In this document: positions 1 to 12,932 of the stretch, one piece after another
Numbering within the stretch: position 1 is the first letter of the stretch
Layout: every line of letters starts with the position of its first letter
Origin: Lingula anatina
Lineage: Eukaryota; Animalia; Brachiopoda
Reading direction: 5' to 3'
Assembly: GCA_051362555.1 (NCBI GenBank)
Contig: CM120646.1
Coordinates: 16,244,001-16,308,000 of the forward strand
Length of the DNA stretch: 64,000 bases
Notes under the pieces: model-generated
The model's database searches: none
The model's input: only the letters and a program-made list of their open reading frames with translations
Told to the model about the DNA's origin: nothing
Translations under genes and position numbers: made by a program

Positions 1-701
1 CCCTCAGAGAGGTATGTGAAAGAAGTGTATACACTATCCTCTTTAAAGTTAATATTATTTACTATATAAGACAAAGTGTCTCCTAGTGAGAAGAAATGGA
101 CAATTAATTTCCAGACACAAACAGCAACTAAGTTGTAACTACATGTAGATGGAAAAGATGTGCCTTTAATAATCGAAGTAAATCTAATCGACAGTTCAAT
201 TTGACAAGGTAAAATATATAGTAAAATGAGATGAGTTATAGGGTGATGTCAAATAGCTATGACACAGGTAGGGACAGTGATCGATATATATGAGTCGGTT
301 GGTATACCAAAACACCAGCTACAACAAATAATAATGAAATCCCCTACATACATGTAGCACATCACTTCATAACAATAACAAATCAAAAGCAGTCCAATGT
401 GAAAAATTTTTTTAAAAATTATTCTGTGATCTGAGACAGCATTAAAACCTAATCCATTCTAAGCTAGTTAATCCAATTTACCTATTCAGGGATGAGACTA
501 CCATTTTGTAATAAAAAAAGTATAAGATTAAAGTTTTTATTGCAGATCTGCATCAGTTGCAAAAGTAATATTTTTGGTTCCCAAATATTCCAAAAGCTAC
601 CTGATTATGATCGTAACAATTATAACAAGCAAATAAGTAGACAAATTTTGTCTTCCAACCCTGTAGGTATGTTTTCTTACTATCTTATCAATTCAGCTTA
701 C

Positions 702-799
702 CTGTGAGTCCACTGATTGCAAGAGGAACACTCAATAACATCGTATGTGCAAGCAGTTGAGCAGACACTGCATGGGTATCGAGGCTTCTTAGACTTCAT
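702..799 (-). CDS. First coding exon of a PHD-finger protein (gene runs toward the window start; possibly decayed or transposon-borne)
   Basis: ATG at 799 reads MKSKKPRYPCSVCSTACTYDVIECSSCNQWTH, matching C-x2-C-x10-C-x2-C-x4-H of a PHD finger, and ends at a strong AG|GTAAGC donor. A candidate next exon from 318 gives SWCFGIPTDSY (completing H-x2-C) but then loses frame. Confidence 0.55.
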
Positions 800-2160
800 A
801 TTAATACTTGGTTGTATCTTAGAACTCTATACGCAAGGGTTCATAAAGAAACTGAACTAATGCCTTCTCTGCAGCTGGGTTTTAAATACTTTCTGAGAGT
901 CAGGCACACTTTGATTGGTCATGGTAAATTGAGGGGGAATAGTTCTTTGTATAAGATTCATATTTCACAATAAATACACTGTAAATGAAAATATAATAAA
1001 TTCTTTTTAAATGCCAAAAGGATAGTTATGATAATTAGCTTGAAATCTGTGCTTGCCATCAGACCACATGACCTCCTCATTGATGGCTCTGTTATTAATG
1101 ATAATCTGTTTAGAAATTGTTAAAAAAAAAAAAAAAAAAACCTTTGATGTTGGGATGGATTCATTAACTATTGGTGAGAATGTAATTTTTTTTTTTTTTT
1201 TTTTTTTTGCCAAAATGAACACTTGATAGAATGGATCTGTTCAATGAAAAAAATTGGTTAAGATACAAATATCTTATCATAGGACCTGATCTGATAGTGG
1301 TGATTAATTAATGAGGTGTTAACTCCACAAGCTCACAGAAGCCAAAAGGAATTAATAGTAGCCAAATCAATTTGCACTTAATTAAATAAAGAATGTAAGT
1401 CTGACTTACCTGTCAGTGATATAACTACTCACTTGTCACATTTTTATCATTATCTATACCAGCTAGCAGAGATCGTTAACTGGTTATTAATAACTGTAAT
1501 GGTTCACTGGCAATCTGAAGTCCTGGTCTCAGCGTTAAAGAAACATCACTTTTCTTACCTGAAATTTTTTTCACTCTTCACCCATTTCACAACACTAACA
1601 GAAAAATACAGAAAACTTACAGATATGGCAATGGACATGCCCTATGCTATAGAGATCAACAGTTTCAAACTGGTTTATAATAAAATACACTGCAAGTTCC
1701 ACATCCTTTAACTCTTTCGGTTAAGGATATATAAGGATATATATTTATTCCTAATTATAATCCAGAAATTTCATTATTTAACTTAGACTATTAGTCCCCT
1801 CCCTGCTGACAATTCGGAAAAAAAAAAAAAAAAAAAAAAATAAATAAATAAATAAATAAATAAATATATATTATCATGTTGCACACATTATTGTAGCTTT
1901 CTTTGGTTCTGGTTACTTAAGTCAAAGGTTTGCAGTTTAAATTATCTAATTGGACTTTTAAACACGTGCATGATACAAGCAACTGTGTTTTAAAATAGAG
2001 CCTCGTTGTGGAATCCACCTTGAAAATGGCGACCTTGACCCGATTACTACCTCGAAGGGTGTATCACCAGAAAATTCAATAAAACTTCTTTCTGGTATAA
2101 AAGTAAGTTTATTTTTACTATGCAAAACCCAAGTGCGATCTCATAGAGGTTTGCCATGCG

Positions 2161-2236
2161 TCCATTTCGGTCCATTTCGGCCCATTTCAGTCCATTTCTA
2201 TCCATTTCTATCCATTTCTATGTTTTAAAGGACCCC
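2161..2236. repeat. 10-bp tandem array (TCCATTTCGG/TCCATTTCTA x6) ending in ...AAAGGACCCC; possible DNA-transposon terminus
   Basis: Six consecutive 10-mers are directly visible. The terminus interpretation is inference. Confidence 0.6.
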
Positions 2237-2978
2237 TACTCTGGACGGTAACAAGGTCAAGGCAGGCTCAAAGTCCAATAAGCCTCGATTTTCACCAAGA
2301 TTGTTGCAGTTCATAAACTTATTCATTGATGACATAGATTTCCGTGCAACTGCTATTAAAATATATGCTAAAACAAATCACAATCTGATGAAAAAACAAG
2401 TAATGGCACTCTTACCTTTAGGAAACAGCCCAACATGAATGCTAGTGAACCTAGGTGACCTTTCACGTCAACTGGCGAAGCCATTAATTAGATTGCTAAG
2501 CGTTAACACGCGTAAAATCTTGGATAAAATGTTCTAGTACATTGTTTCATTTTGGTGTTTTTTAATATTCAGTTTCAATTTATTGATCTTATTTATATAA
2601 TATTTGCTTTTTTATGTTGAATGTGTAAACTCACGGCGTTTTGAAACATATTCAAACATCCATGAATTGCCATTCTTCGCGTCATAGCCCACTTCAAAGT
2701 TGAACGTGAAGTTGACGGGCTGTGAATAGAATTTGAAGAAGTTGAGCTTGTCAAGAACATATGCAGGTGTCTATTGTAAGTTTACTGTTCTCCTTACCAT
2801 CTTTGTATTCGTTTTTCGTTTTTTGAGAATTTTATTGCAGGCATTGGATGCCATACGCCTCTCTCATACGATAAATAAGAATACAGTACAGTATATTTAA
2901 TCTCAGTGTTGCTAAAGCAGATTTTCGTACTAATCATTAGTTTGTTGTTTACCATTTTAAATTGTAGGTACTCCAAAA

Positions 2979-5900
2979 ATGCGAGTGACGGTGTGTCTTT
3001 GTAGGCAGCACTATGGCAGACGGTGGAAGGAAATATGGAAGAGAGAGGGAAAGCTGAAGATACCTTCTACTGACGTGCCTCGGTGGATACAAGATCTGGG
3101 TAGCTAGTAGCACGAAAATTCATGCGTTAGCACTCCTGTTGACGATTCTGATATGTACTGTCTGTGCTAACGCATGAAAGCAAAGGCCTCGAAAATTTGG
3201 AAATGAAAACCGGTTGCCGAACCAGCTGCGGTGCGGCAGCTCTCAAATTTTTATGTACAGACACAGATGTGTCTGTACATATTGCCATCACCTGCGTCTG
3301 TCGTCGCCGTTCATGTCGCCGTCGATGTCGCCGTCGCCGTCGCCGTCGCCGTCGTCAGCGTTAACACCATAAGTGGAAGACAGTTTTACTTTTTGGCTTT
3401 ATATTTACAGAGCTGATGAATATTCATAAAACGCAGGTCAAGTTCGAAAATCAGCATGATCGGGCCATTATTGTAGAATTTATGCTGTTTTTTCACTTTT
3501 CAGCATATATGCAACACTGTTAACACATTTCAAAGAAAACCGATAGGCCTGTTGTCATGAAACTCACAGGAGTAATCAATCTTACTAAAACGCAGGTCAA
3601 GTTCGAAAATCGGCATGATCGGGCCACCATTTTAGTAGTTATGCTGTTTTTTCACTTTTCAGCATATATGCAACGCTGTTAACACATTTCAAAGAAAACT
3701 GATAGGCCTGTTGTCATGAAACTCACAGGAGTAATCAATCTTACTAAAACGCAGGTCAAGTTCGAAAATCAGCATAATCGGGCCATTATTTTATAAGTTG
3801 TGCCGTTTTTCACATTTCTTCAGATTCAATTCTTAGGCATGTTAACAGTCTCATTATTTAATTAATAAGATACGTAAAAGTGTTTGTTTGACATTTCCTG
3901 CATCTTTACAACATTGTTAGTTGATTATGTAAAAATGATGGTAAACTTGTTATCGTGTATTGTGTAATAAAGTGTCAAAAATGGAAATAAACTCATATTA
4001 TTGCAGTTTGTAAGATTCAATCATTCATTATGTTCAGAAACTCAGAATGGAGGAAATTGGACATTAAACACTGTTCTATTGATATTTTTCCCATCTCATC
4101 AATTTTCTTAGTTGATCATATAAAAATGGCAGTAAAGTGTTAATTTTGTTATATGTTAAAAAATTGTTAAAAATGGAAAAAAATGCATTTCAGGACAGTA
4201 CTGTCTTGTCTACATTTTGGCATTTTCAAGTTGTGACTTTGAAGTTCCATGGGCCTGAAGACCTTTACTAGTCACATTTTCTGAATATACATGATACTGA
4301 TATTTTATTATTAAAAATTGATGGTTATTATCCTGTTAAACATTATGTAATATTGCATAAAAATTTGAAGAAACCCCTATTTTGGACACTGCTCCCTTGA
4401 TGACCATTCAAGGAAAACTATGTCACTTACTGTTCTCAAACTTACATGAAAGAAACATGGGACTAAAATACAGTTTCATTAGGCAGTGCAGTCTATTTGG
4501 TAAATTTTTCTGGCAGTTAATCAGTTTTTTGTGAAAATCTAATTTTTGACATATTGGCAATTTCAAGGTGTGACTAAATTAGAACCACCTTGGGCTTGAA
4601 GACCCATGCTAGTCACATTTTCTGAAAATCCACGATACGTATATTTTATTATTAAAAACTGATGGTCTTTATGCTGTTAAGCATTATGAAATATTGCATC
4701 AAAATAGAAGAAAACACAATTTTGGGTATTGCTGCCATGATGACCATCATGGGAAAACCATATTACTTATGATTGTCAAACTTTTAAAAAAGAAACACAG
4801 GACTAAAATGCAGCTCGAGTTGGAAAAGCAGTCTAATTGACTTCTTTTTCTGGAAGTTTTACATTTTCAAAGTGTGAACTTGAACTCCCATGGGCCTGAA
4901 GCCTTATGCTTGTTACACATTTTACTTACATTGGTATTACCTGTTGAGCATAATTAAAATTTGATGTTGAATTTGCAGTTTAACATAATGTACTTTTACA
5001 TCAGAATTGACAGTAGCCAATTTTGTTATTTCCTGCTTTTTGTCTGTACATTTGACAGCTTTGCTGCCTTGTTATTTTACATCTCATCTCCTCAACACGC
5101 ACATTACTGTGAAGCCAACCAGTTTTCCCATCAACAGAGGTATCACTTTCCTTAAATTCATCTGTCTATCTACCAGTTTGACCGTCATAAAATCATACAC
5201 CCGTTATAAACAGACGAAAACCAGGTCAAATCTACTCAGGTCATGAGGCAAGGCCGGTAACCTACTGCGCATGAGCAGAATTTATTTAAAGACTGGGTCT
5301 TCTGTTTGATTTTCACAATGTATTTATGACAATATAAACATTTATTTTGAATGAAAAATGGTTGAAAATTCCATTTCGACTACTTCATTTTAATCAATTC
5401 AGTTAATTGTGTCAGAAATGTAAAGAGCGGGTGACTTGCCTAGTGCTCCTCGTTCCAGCCAAGTCCAGACAGCATGTGGACCACAACTTATGCTCATGTG
5501 CAGTAGGTTACTGGCAGTTGACCTGAGTACCTGGTTTCCGTTTGCTTATAGCGGGTGTATGATTTTACGACAGTCAAACTGGTAGATAGACAGATGAAAT
5601 TAAGGAAAGTGATACCTCTGTTGATGGGAAAACTGGTTGACTTCACAGTAATGTGCGTCTTGAGGAGATGAGATGTAAAATAAAAATTTGAGAGCTGCTG
5701 CACCACGGCTGGTTCAGCAACCGGTTTTCATCTCCAACCTTTTGAGGCCTCTGCTTTCATGCGTTAGCACAGACAGTACATATCAGAATCGTCAATAGGA
5801 GTGCTAAGGCATGAATTTTGTGCTAGGTAGCTAGCTTCACATTTTTCTGCCACATTATTTGGTCGATGTATCTTAAAACCTCAAAAATGTATTGGTTAAT

Positions 5901-7804
5901 GTTTCTTTAAACCTAATGAATGTAAGTTTTATAAAGGTCTCGCTTGACCATTGGCCACCATGCATAATATTTAGGAAGAGTATTATAAACCCTCATCAGA
6001 ATCAATTAGTAGCATTATATACAAATACATGCACATGTAGTAACATTTCCCTCTAAATTGTTTGGCTTAATTTGTTGCAGTATCATTAGGGAATTCCAAA
6101 AAATAATCCAGAAACTGTCTGTATTTTTATGTACAGACACAGATGTGTCTGTACATATAGCCATCATCTGCGTCTGTCGTCGCCGTCGCCGTCATCGCCG
6201 TCGTCGCCGTCGCCGTGCACTTTTACCGATAACACGATAAGTGGAAAACCATTTTACCTTTTGACTTGAAACTTGCAGAACTGATGAATATTTATAATAC
6301 GCAGGTCAAGTTCGAAAATCAGCATGATCGGGTCACTTTTAGGGAATTTATGCTGTTTTTTCACTTTTTTCAGCATATATGCAGCACCGATAACATGATA
6401 AGTGGAAAACCATTTTACCTTTTGACTTGAAACTTACAGAACTGATGAATATTCATAATACACAGGTCAAGTTCAAAAATCAGCATGATCCGGTTACTTT
6501 TAGGGAATTTATGCTGTTTTTTCACTTTTTTCAGCATGTATGCAGCACCGATAACACGATAAGTGGAAAACCATTTTACCTTTTGACTTGAAACTTACAG
6601 AACTGATGAATATTCATAATACGCAGGTCAAGTTCGAAAATCAGCATGATCGGGTCACTTTTAGGGAATTTATGCTGTTTTTTCACTTTTTTCAGCATAT
6701 ATGCAGCACCGATAACATGATAAGTGGAAAACCATTTTACCTTTTGACTTGAAACTTACAGAACTGATGAATATTCATAATACGCAGGTCAAGTTCGAAA
6801 ATCAGCATGATCGGGTCACTTTTAGGGAATTTATGCTGTTTTTTCACTTTTTTCAGCATATATGCAGCACCGATAACATGATAAGTGGAAAACGGATTGG
6901 CCAATTGTAATTATACTCACAGGAGTGGTCAATCTTACTAAAACGCAGGTTGAGTTCGAAAATAAGCATAATCGGGCCATTACTTAAGAAGTTATACTGT
7001 TTTTTCACATTTCCTCAGATTTAATTATTAGGCATGTTAACAGTCTCATTATTTAACTAATAAGATGCCTAAAAGTGTTTGTTTGATATTTCCTGCATCT
7101 TTACAACATTGTTAGTTGATTATGTAAAAAACATGGTAAACTTGTTATCATGTATTGTGTAATAAAGTGTCAAAAATGGAAATAAACTCATATCATTGCA
7201 GTTTGTCAGATTCAATCATCCACTATGTTCAGAATCTCAGAATGGAGGAAATTGGACATTTAACACTGTTCTATTGATACTTTTCCCATCTCATCAATTT
7301 TCTTAGTTGGACATATAAAAATGGCAGTAAAATGTTTATTTTGTTTTATGTTAAAAAAGTGTTAAAAATGGAAATAAACCCATTTCAGAACAGTGCTGTC
7401 TTGTTTACATTTTGCCATTATCAAGGCGTGACTTTGAAGTTCCATGGGCCTGAAGACCTTTGCTAGTCACATTTTCTGAATATCTGTGATACAAATATTT
7501 TATAATTAAAAATTGATGGTCATTAAGCTGTTAAACATTATGTAATATTGCATCATAATTTGGGGACAGGCCCAGCACGTAGCCAAAGACAGGGCCAAAT
7601 GGAAAGAAGTGACTGTGGCCTTATGTCCCATGCGGGACGAAGAGCAATGATGATGATGATGCATCATAATTTGAAGAAACCCCCATTTTGGGCACTGCTT
7701 CCATGATGACCATTTAAGGAAAATCATGTCACTTACTGTTTTTAAACTTACAGGATAGAAACATGGGACTAAAATACAGCTTCAGTAGGCAATGCAGTCT
7801 GTTT

Positions 7805-7839
<35 letters not shown>

Positions 7840-10800
7840 AGTTAAACAGTTTTTTGTGAAAATTTAATTTTTCACATATTGGCATTTTCAAGGTGTGACT
7901 TTAAAGTTCCATGATCTTGAAGACTTTTGCTTGTCACATTTTCTGAATGTCCATGTTACTAATATTTTATTAATAACATTTGATTGTCATTATGCTGTTA
8001 AACATTATGTAATGTTGCATCAAAATTTGAAGAAACCCCTATTTTGGGCACTGCTCCTATGATGACCATTTAAGGGAAATCATGTCACTTACTGTTCTCA
8101 AACTTACAGGAAAGAAACATGGGTCTAACATACAGCTTCAATAGGCAACGCAGTCTGTTTGGTAAATTTTTCTGGCAATTTAACAGTTTTTTGTGAAAAT
8201 TTAATTTTTCACTTATTTGCATCTTTATTTTCTGTTCTTTGTCTGTACATTTGACAGCTTTGCTGCCTTGTTTAAAATAAATAATATGTGACTGCATGCA
8301 GTAATTTTATGAAAATTGCCAAAATGTTGTTCTCTCCTAAATCTAGGCATCCAAGTGGTGGATCCCACTGTGCCGCCCCCTGTTGAGAAGATAAGGTGGA
8401 CGCTTCCAGTCCCAGATGACCCACGATTTTGCAAACCGACATATCCAAATGACCACCCAGACTTTCATGAGCAGAAACGCCACATATTTAATTTGAACAC
8501 TTATCTTCTAGAAGGTTTGTAGTAGCAAAGATGGATTTAATATAAGCAAATGTTATATAGTCTTTACCGGCAGAGGCACATCCAATGCACCACAGAGGGT
8601 GCAACTTTAAAAGTCAGATAAAAATAACGACGACTTTAAATAGGGGCACATGAGGACCATAGTTGTAGTGGTGGCCTCTGAAGATTAAAATCTTAGTTAT
8701 TGATAAGTGTCCAAACCAAGTTAGAAAATTAAAGGTTATTTATGTACATAGATAATGTCATAGACAACCGAGCACATCATCCCCAAATAATTGGGTTTAC
8801 CTGGTGGTAGGATTAAAGAAATCTCATTATTTTGAATCCTAGATAACCACAACATTACATCATCTGCCTTTCACATGTTTGTACATATACATGGCAAATC
8901 GTGAGATTTTGAAGTTCAGCTTCGTCACTCTCCTAGTCAGAGAGGTGACAGCGTCTCCGTCACAGATTAACAGAATTTTATGACAATATTTCTTGACACA
9001 GGTCATATTCATTTTGCATTGTTCGTGTTAATGCCTTATAGTATCAGGTATTTTGTTATTTTAGGAACAAAACAAATAAAGACACTGACTAAAACACAGG
9101 TAATAGAGGGTCAGCCAAAACCATTAGCTGATCTTATCGGGAAAGTGGATCATCCTTTACAGGTAACGACTGCTCCCTACAGAATCAGAAAAACAATGAA
9201 GGAAACATTTTTATGGAGTTCACTGAATGAATGGGAAAAGTTCTGTAAACATTGGACTGAAGAAAAAAATATTAAAAAGTGTAAATCAGTTTTAGAGCTG
9301 AATCTGAACCAATAAATCAGCCCTCTAATTATTGACACAAAAAAATTTATCTTTGTATCCTTGTACCGTGACTTTTCATCATTTTGAAATAATTTGCCAA
9401 ATTATAGAGTTTAGAAATAGACCTGAGTGTTTGTAAGTTGAGCTTGGTGATGTACTTCTGTGATTTCATTGAATTAATATGACTTACACGTATGTTATAT
9501 GGCTTGGTAGTGTTCCATCAAATTGTAATGTGGCTCTGTCAGTAATGTTACAGCTGTTGTTTCACAGGATGAGCTAATTCAGCGGTATATCATGCAAGCC
9601 AATGTATGGAACCCCGCCACGTACAAGCTGCCTAAGAGAATTAACTTCAGGCTCCCTGGTTGGAAGTACAAGCCAGAGACTGGGATCACCATGGGGCTTA
9701 TGATGTATGCCAACACTTCTACTTTGATATGAGGGGGCACATGGGGTGCTTCCTTCTTTGGAAAAATTGCCTCTGTTAAAAAATGTGAAAGAAGGTTTAG
9801 AAAATTGCTAGATTTGTGTGAAATGATGAGAATTGAAGTAGGAGATTGAGGGGAGTGGGGCATTAATTTGCCCCATCCCTGGATATAGTTCTGCCTAAAT
9901 ATACATCGTGAATTCTGACTGGTTTTATTTTAATATGCAGTTTATTCACTTCTACATAATTTTTGTATTTTTAGGAGAACTCTTTTGGAGAACCTGATAC
10001 GACTGTGTGACATGATTGCTGTCGAAGAGTATCCACAGGTTTTAACAGAGCGTAGACATACACATGACCATGTCACTTGGACTCATTTCAATACGCAAGG
10101 TAAACTTATCATTAATATAGTTGGCATGGCTAAGTACGATGTGGTATAGTCAATTTCATAAACTATGTGCTCAAGTACGTACTGAATATTTTGTTTGTTT
10201 GAACATTGTTGATTTATACATAGTGTTATTAAAGAGAAAAGAAGAAGCGTATGCAACGTTATTATACAGAATATAAGCAAAATAATTCAAATTTATACTA
10301 AGGAGGAATAAATGCCTATAAAATAAAATCTTAGTTATATTTTTATTACCAGGAGTTCCCATTCATGTATTGGCCCACTCAGATCACATGATCTCCTCAA
10401 ATAAGCCCCTCCCATTGTTTGCTGATGAGGCTATGATTGACAGTAGCAAGGCGATCGTTTTGCCAGATTTTTACCCCATGTCACCTCTCATAGATGTTAA
10501 ACTACACAATGTTTGGAGAGAGGATACTTGTAACGGTAAAATGTTTTCAGTTTCTCAGTAAGATTTGATATAATATGAAGTATTTGAGTGAAGTCATAAA
10601 ATATAAAGGGCAGTTTTGTTAAGTATGCTTTAGTAGTAGTTTAGTCACTTGACTTATCATACTGAATATTTCTGACTTGTGTTGCTTCTTTCAGTGATCT
10701 CAGTTACCAAGTACTTGGTAATTTTTGGATTCCAAGCTTGGAAACATTTTGTCTGAATTTATATCATTTATAACATTAAAATAACATTTATATTGGTATT

Positions 10801-11529
10801 TATTTTTCTAAAATGCTCTTTATTCTATTGTTGCAGGTTGGACACCAGAATACCAGTTTCCACATGTTCACAACTTTGTGTTCCTGAACAATGACACCTG
10901 GCCCAATGACAGGAGGAATGCCAGGGCTATCATGTTCTGTCTGGCACACTGTTTGTCACAGGCAAAGAAACTGTATGGGGTAAGCTAGAACATTGTGATA
11001 TATATAATGTAATAAAGTTGAATGCTCGCTGGCAGAGTTTGGAAGAAATGCTTCTTTTTTTAAAGGAAAAGTGGCGTAAAGGATGATGTCACTGTTGAAT
11101 GTACAAGAAGCCATGCTGGAATACATATTTTTCACCCTCACTGAATAGAAATTAAACAGAAAATTTGTTTGCTGACAAAAATATTTTAAGCTCATGTATA
11201 GCCAGAAAAATATTGCTACTTATCTGGATCATAAATTTAATGTTCACAATATCTCATTTCAGGAGGATGTGAAAGTCCTGCCGAAACCAATTAGTGTAAA
11301 CTGCACCCACACCAACGGGATAGTGTTCCATTTCGTAAACTTTCAGCTGAATACGCTGGACTTTGAGAACCAGGAAGGCGTAAAGAACATAGCTTGGATA
11401 GACAGCTGTAGAATGTATAGGAAGATCCTCCCAAAGAGGGCGATGCTGAACAAGACAGAATATAAAGATTACAATCCAGTCGCATTTCAGATGTTCAAAG
11501 CTATGTATTTACATGGTTTAGTTAAATAG
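2979..11529 (+). CDS. MRPL37: Mitochondrial ribosomal protein L37 (mL37), ~413 aa; coding exons 2979-3099, 8347-8514, 9065-9162, 9568-9704, 9975-10099, 10353-10535, 10837-10979, 11263-11529
   Basis: Eight GT-AG exons join in frame (1242 nt). N-terminus MRVTVCLCRQHYGRRWKEIW, internal LLEG..Q...LTKT..IEG.P, and C-terminal FHFVNFQLNTLDF...GVKNIAWID are characteristic of mL37. Confidence 0.9.
3108..5825. mobile_element. Non-autonomous long-TIR (foldback, Mutator-like) DNA transposon, ~350-bp TIRs, 9-bp TSD GGTAGCTAG; left TIR interrupted by a Helentron-type insertion
   Basis: 3108-3250 plus 5072-5277 is the reverse complement of 5491-5825. Identical 9-mers flank the element at 3099-3107 and 5826-5834. 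A 9-bp TSD with long TIRs is typical of MULEs. Confidence 0.85.
3251..5071 (+). mobile_element. Helentron-associated non-autonomous element (HINE/DINE-1-like), copy 1
   Basis: 5' TTATGTACAGAC-ACAGATGT-GTCTGTACAT hairpin, (CGT/CGC)n microsatellite, three ~159-bp central repeats, 3' subTIR GTCTGTACAT plus GACAGCTTTGCTGCC hairpin. Inserted in a T run with no TSD. Confidence 0.8.
6127..8270 (+). mobile_element. Helentron-associated non-autonomous element, copy 2 (same family)
   Basis: Same 5' and 3' ends as copy 1, with five ~161-bp central repeats (GCAGGTCAAG-like anchors at 6301, 6462, 6623, 6784, 6945). Confidence 0.8.
7563..7659 (+). mobile_element. 5'-truncated RTE-clade LINE 3' end with (TGA)n tail and 14-bp TSD
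   Basis: Encodes WGQAQHVAKDRAKWKEVTVALCPMRDEEQ* (RTE-type C-terminus), followed by TGATGATGAT. TSD TGCATCATAATTTG at 7549-7562 and 7660-7673. Absent from HINE copy 1. Confidence 0.8.
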
Positions 11530-12932
11530 GAAATTGGGATGCTAAATGAAACTGAACAGCACAGATATTAAGAGTTCTATAGTGGGGTTGGATGAAAACA
11601 ACAATGCAAAAAGAAATACGGTCATCACAACTTATCAGTTGTTCAGATTTTAAAAAAGCTTTTGTTCTTGTGTGACTTCAAAATTAAGAAGAGAAAACAG
11701 AATTATGTGTTCAGTTCTGTATTAACAATTCCTCTTTCTTTCAAATATGTTCTGCCTACGTATTGCATGGGTCCAATGTATGGCCTGTATATTTCCACGG
11801 TGCAGAACAGCACTTGATGAAATGACACCAAATCCCAAGGTGCTTTATACCAGTTTGTTTAGATACAAATTCCCACAAGCAATTTTAGAAAAGGTTGTTA
11901 AAAAATAAATGGAAAGGGATACAACAGCAGAAAGAAAGAACTATGAAAACATCTGAAATAAATGTAAATCATGATACATCTGGTGATGTAAGGAGAAAAG
12001 GATGGAACGTCAGCCATGTCTTTTACCAACTGCTCTCCTATAGAGCTATAGAATGTAAAAATGTAAAAAAAAAAATATTTTAGTCTTCAAACACACAATT
12101 TACGATTGCTTTATTTTTTCCCCCAAGAAATAAAAGCAACCAAATTGGAACTATTTGTAAAGATTTTGTTTATTTAATACATTATCACTATCTTTTCTCA
12201 TCTAAAGGATCAAGTTTCCTCAGAGATGTTATATGTCTACTGCATATGCACCTAAGTCCATACACAGGTACATGACTATAATATTAATACTTTCGGCTAT
12301 CGTCTAGCAATATTGAAGCGAGCATAGATTCCCTGCAATGAATATATATAATTAATACTAGTTGCTTATTTGACTCAAATATAGTCCACATGCCAAAAAA
12401 ATAAACCAAATTAATTTATTGGTCAGCCAAATTGGTCAGTCAAAAAATTTTTAAATGCACCTTCTCCAAAATTCTGGAAGTAAATTTGACCTATTTATGG
12501 GTCCCTACAGTGCGTACTTTTCCACCAAATGCCGTAGTTATGTATGACGCATCACTGTTTGGCGCACAATAGTATGATTATTCAAAAGTTGGCCAAAAAC
12601 AACCGAGTCTTATATATGGCACAGAAAAAATATCTGTTCAAATATTTTTCGGGAATTATAAAACGATACACTTTGGTATTTCTACTTATGTGTTTAAAAT
12701 AGGCTATTGGAAACCGTATGGCGACATTTGGACAAGGAAAGCGGCAATGATTTTAAACATGTCACCTCACTTCAACTGCATATTTACGTTTAAGAAGTAA
12801 AAATACATAAAGGGAATTCTAACAGTTATATAACATTCATTTTATATTAATATTCATTTCATAGGCGACAATGTGAAACACTTCAACAAAACATTGCTCT
12901 ATTCAGTTTTGATGAAAAAAATTGATGTCCAA

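Noticed and set aside
3164-3416. Arg-rich and Val/Ala-rich ORFs (also 6058-6240) resembling protamine-like proteins
   Set aside because: They are translations of the (CGT/CGC)n microsatellite of the HINE elements.
5007-5706. Two similar ORFs on opposite strands (5007-5246 + and 5494-5706 -)
   Set aside because: They result from the inverted TIRs and show no protein family features.
3420-6960. Regularly spaced repeats (also 43374-43652 and 31455-31722) as a CRISPR-like array
   Set aside because: The intervening sequences are themselves repeated rather than unique spacers, there are no cas genes, and the context is eukaryotic introns.
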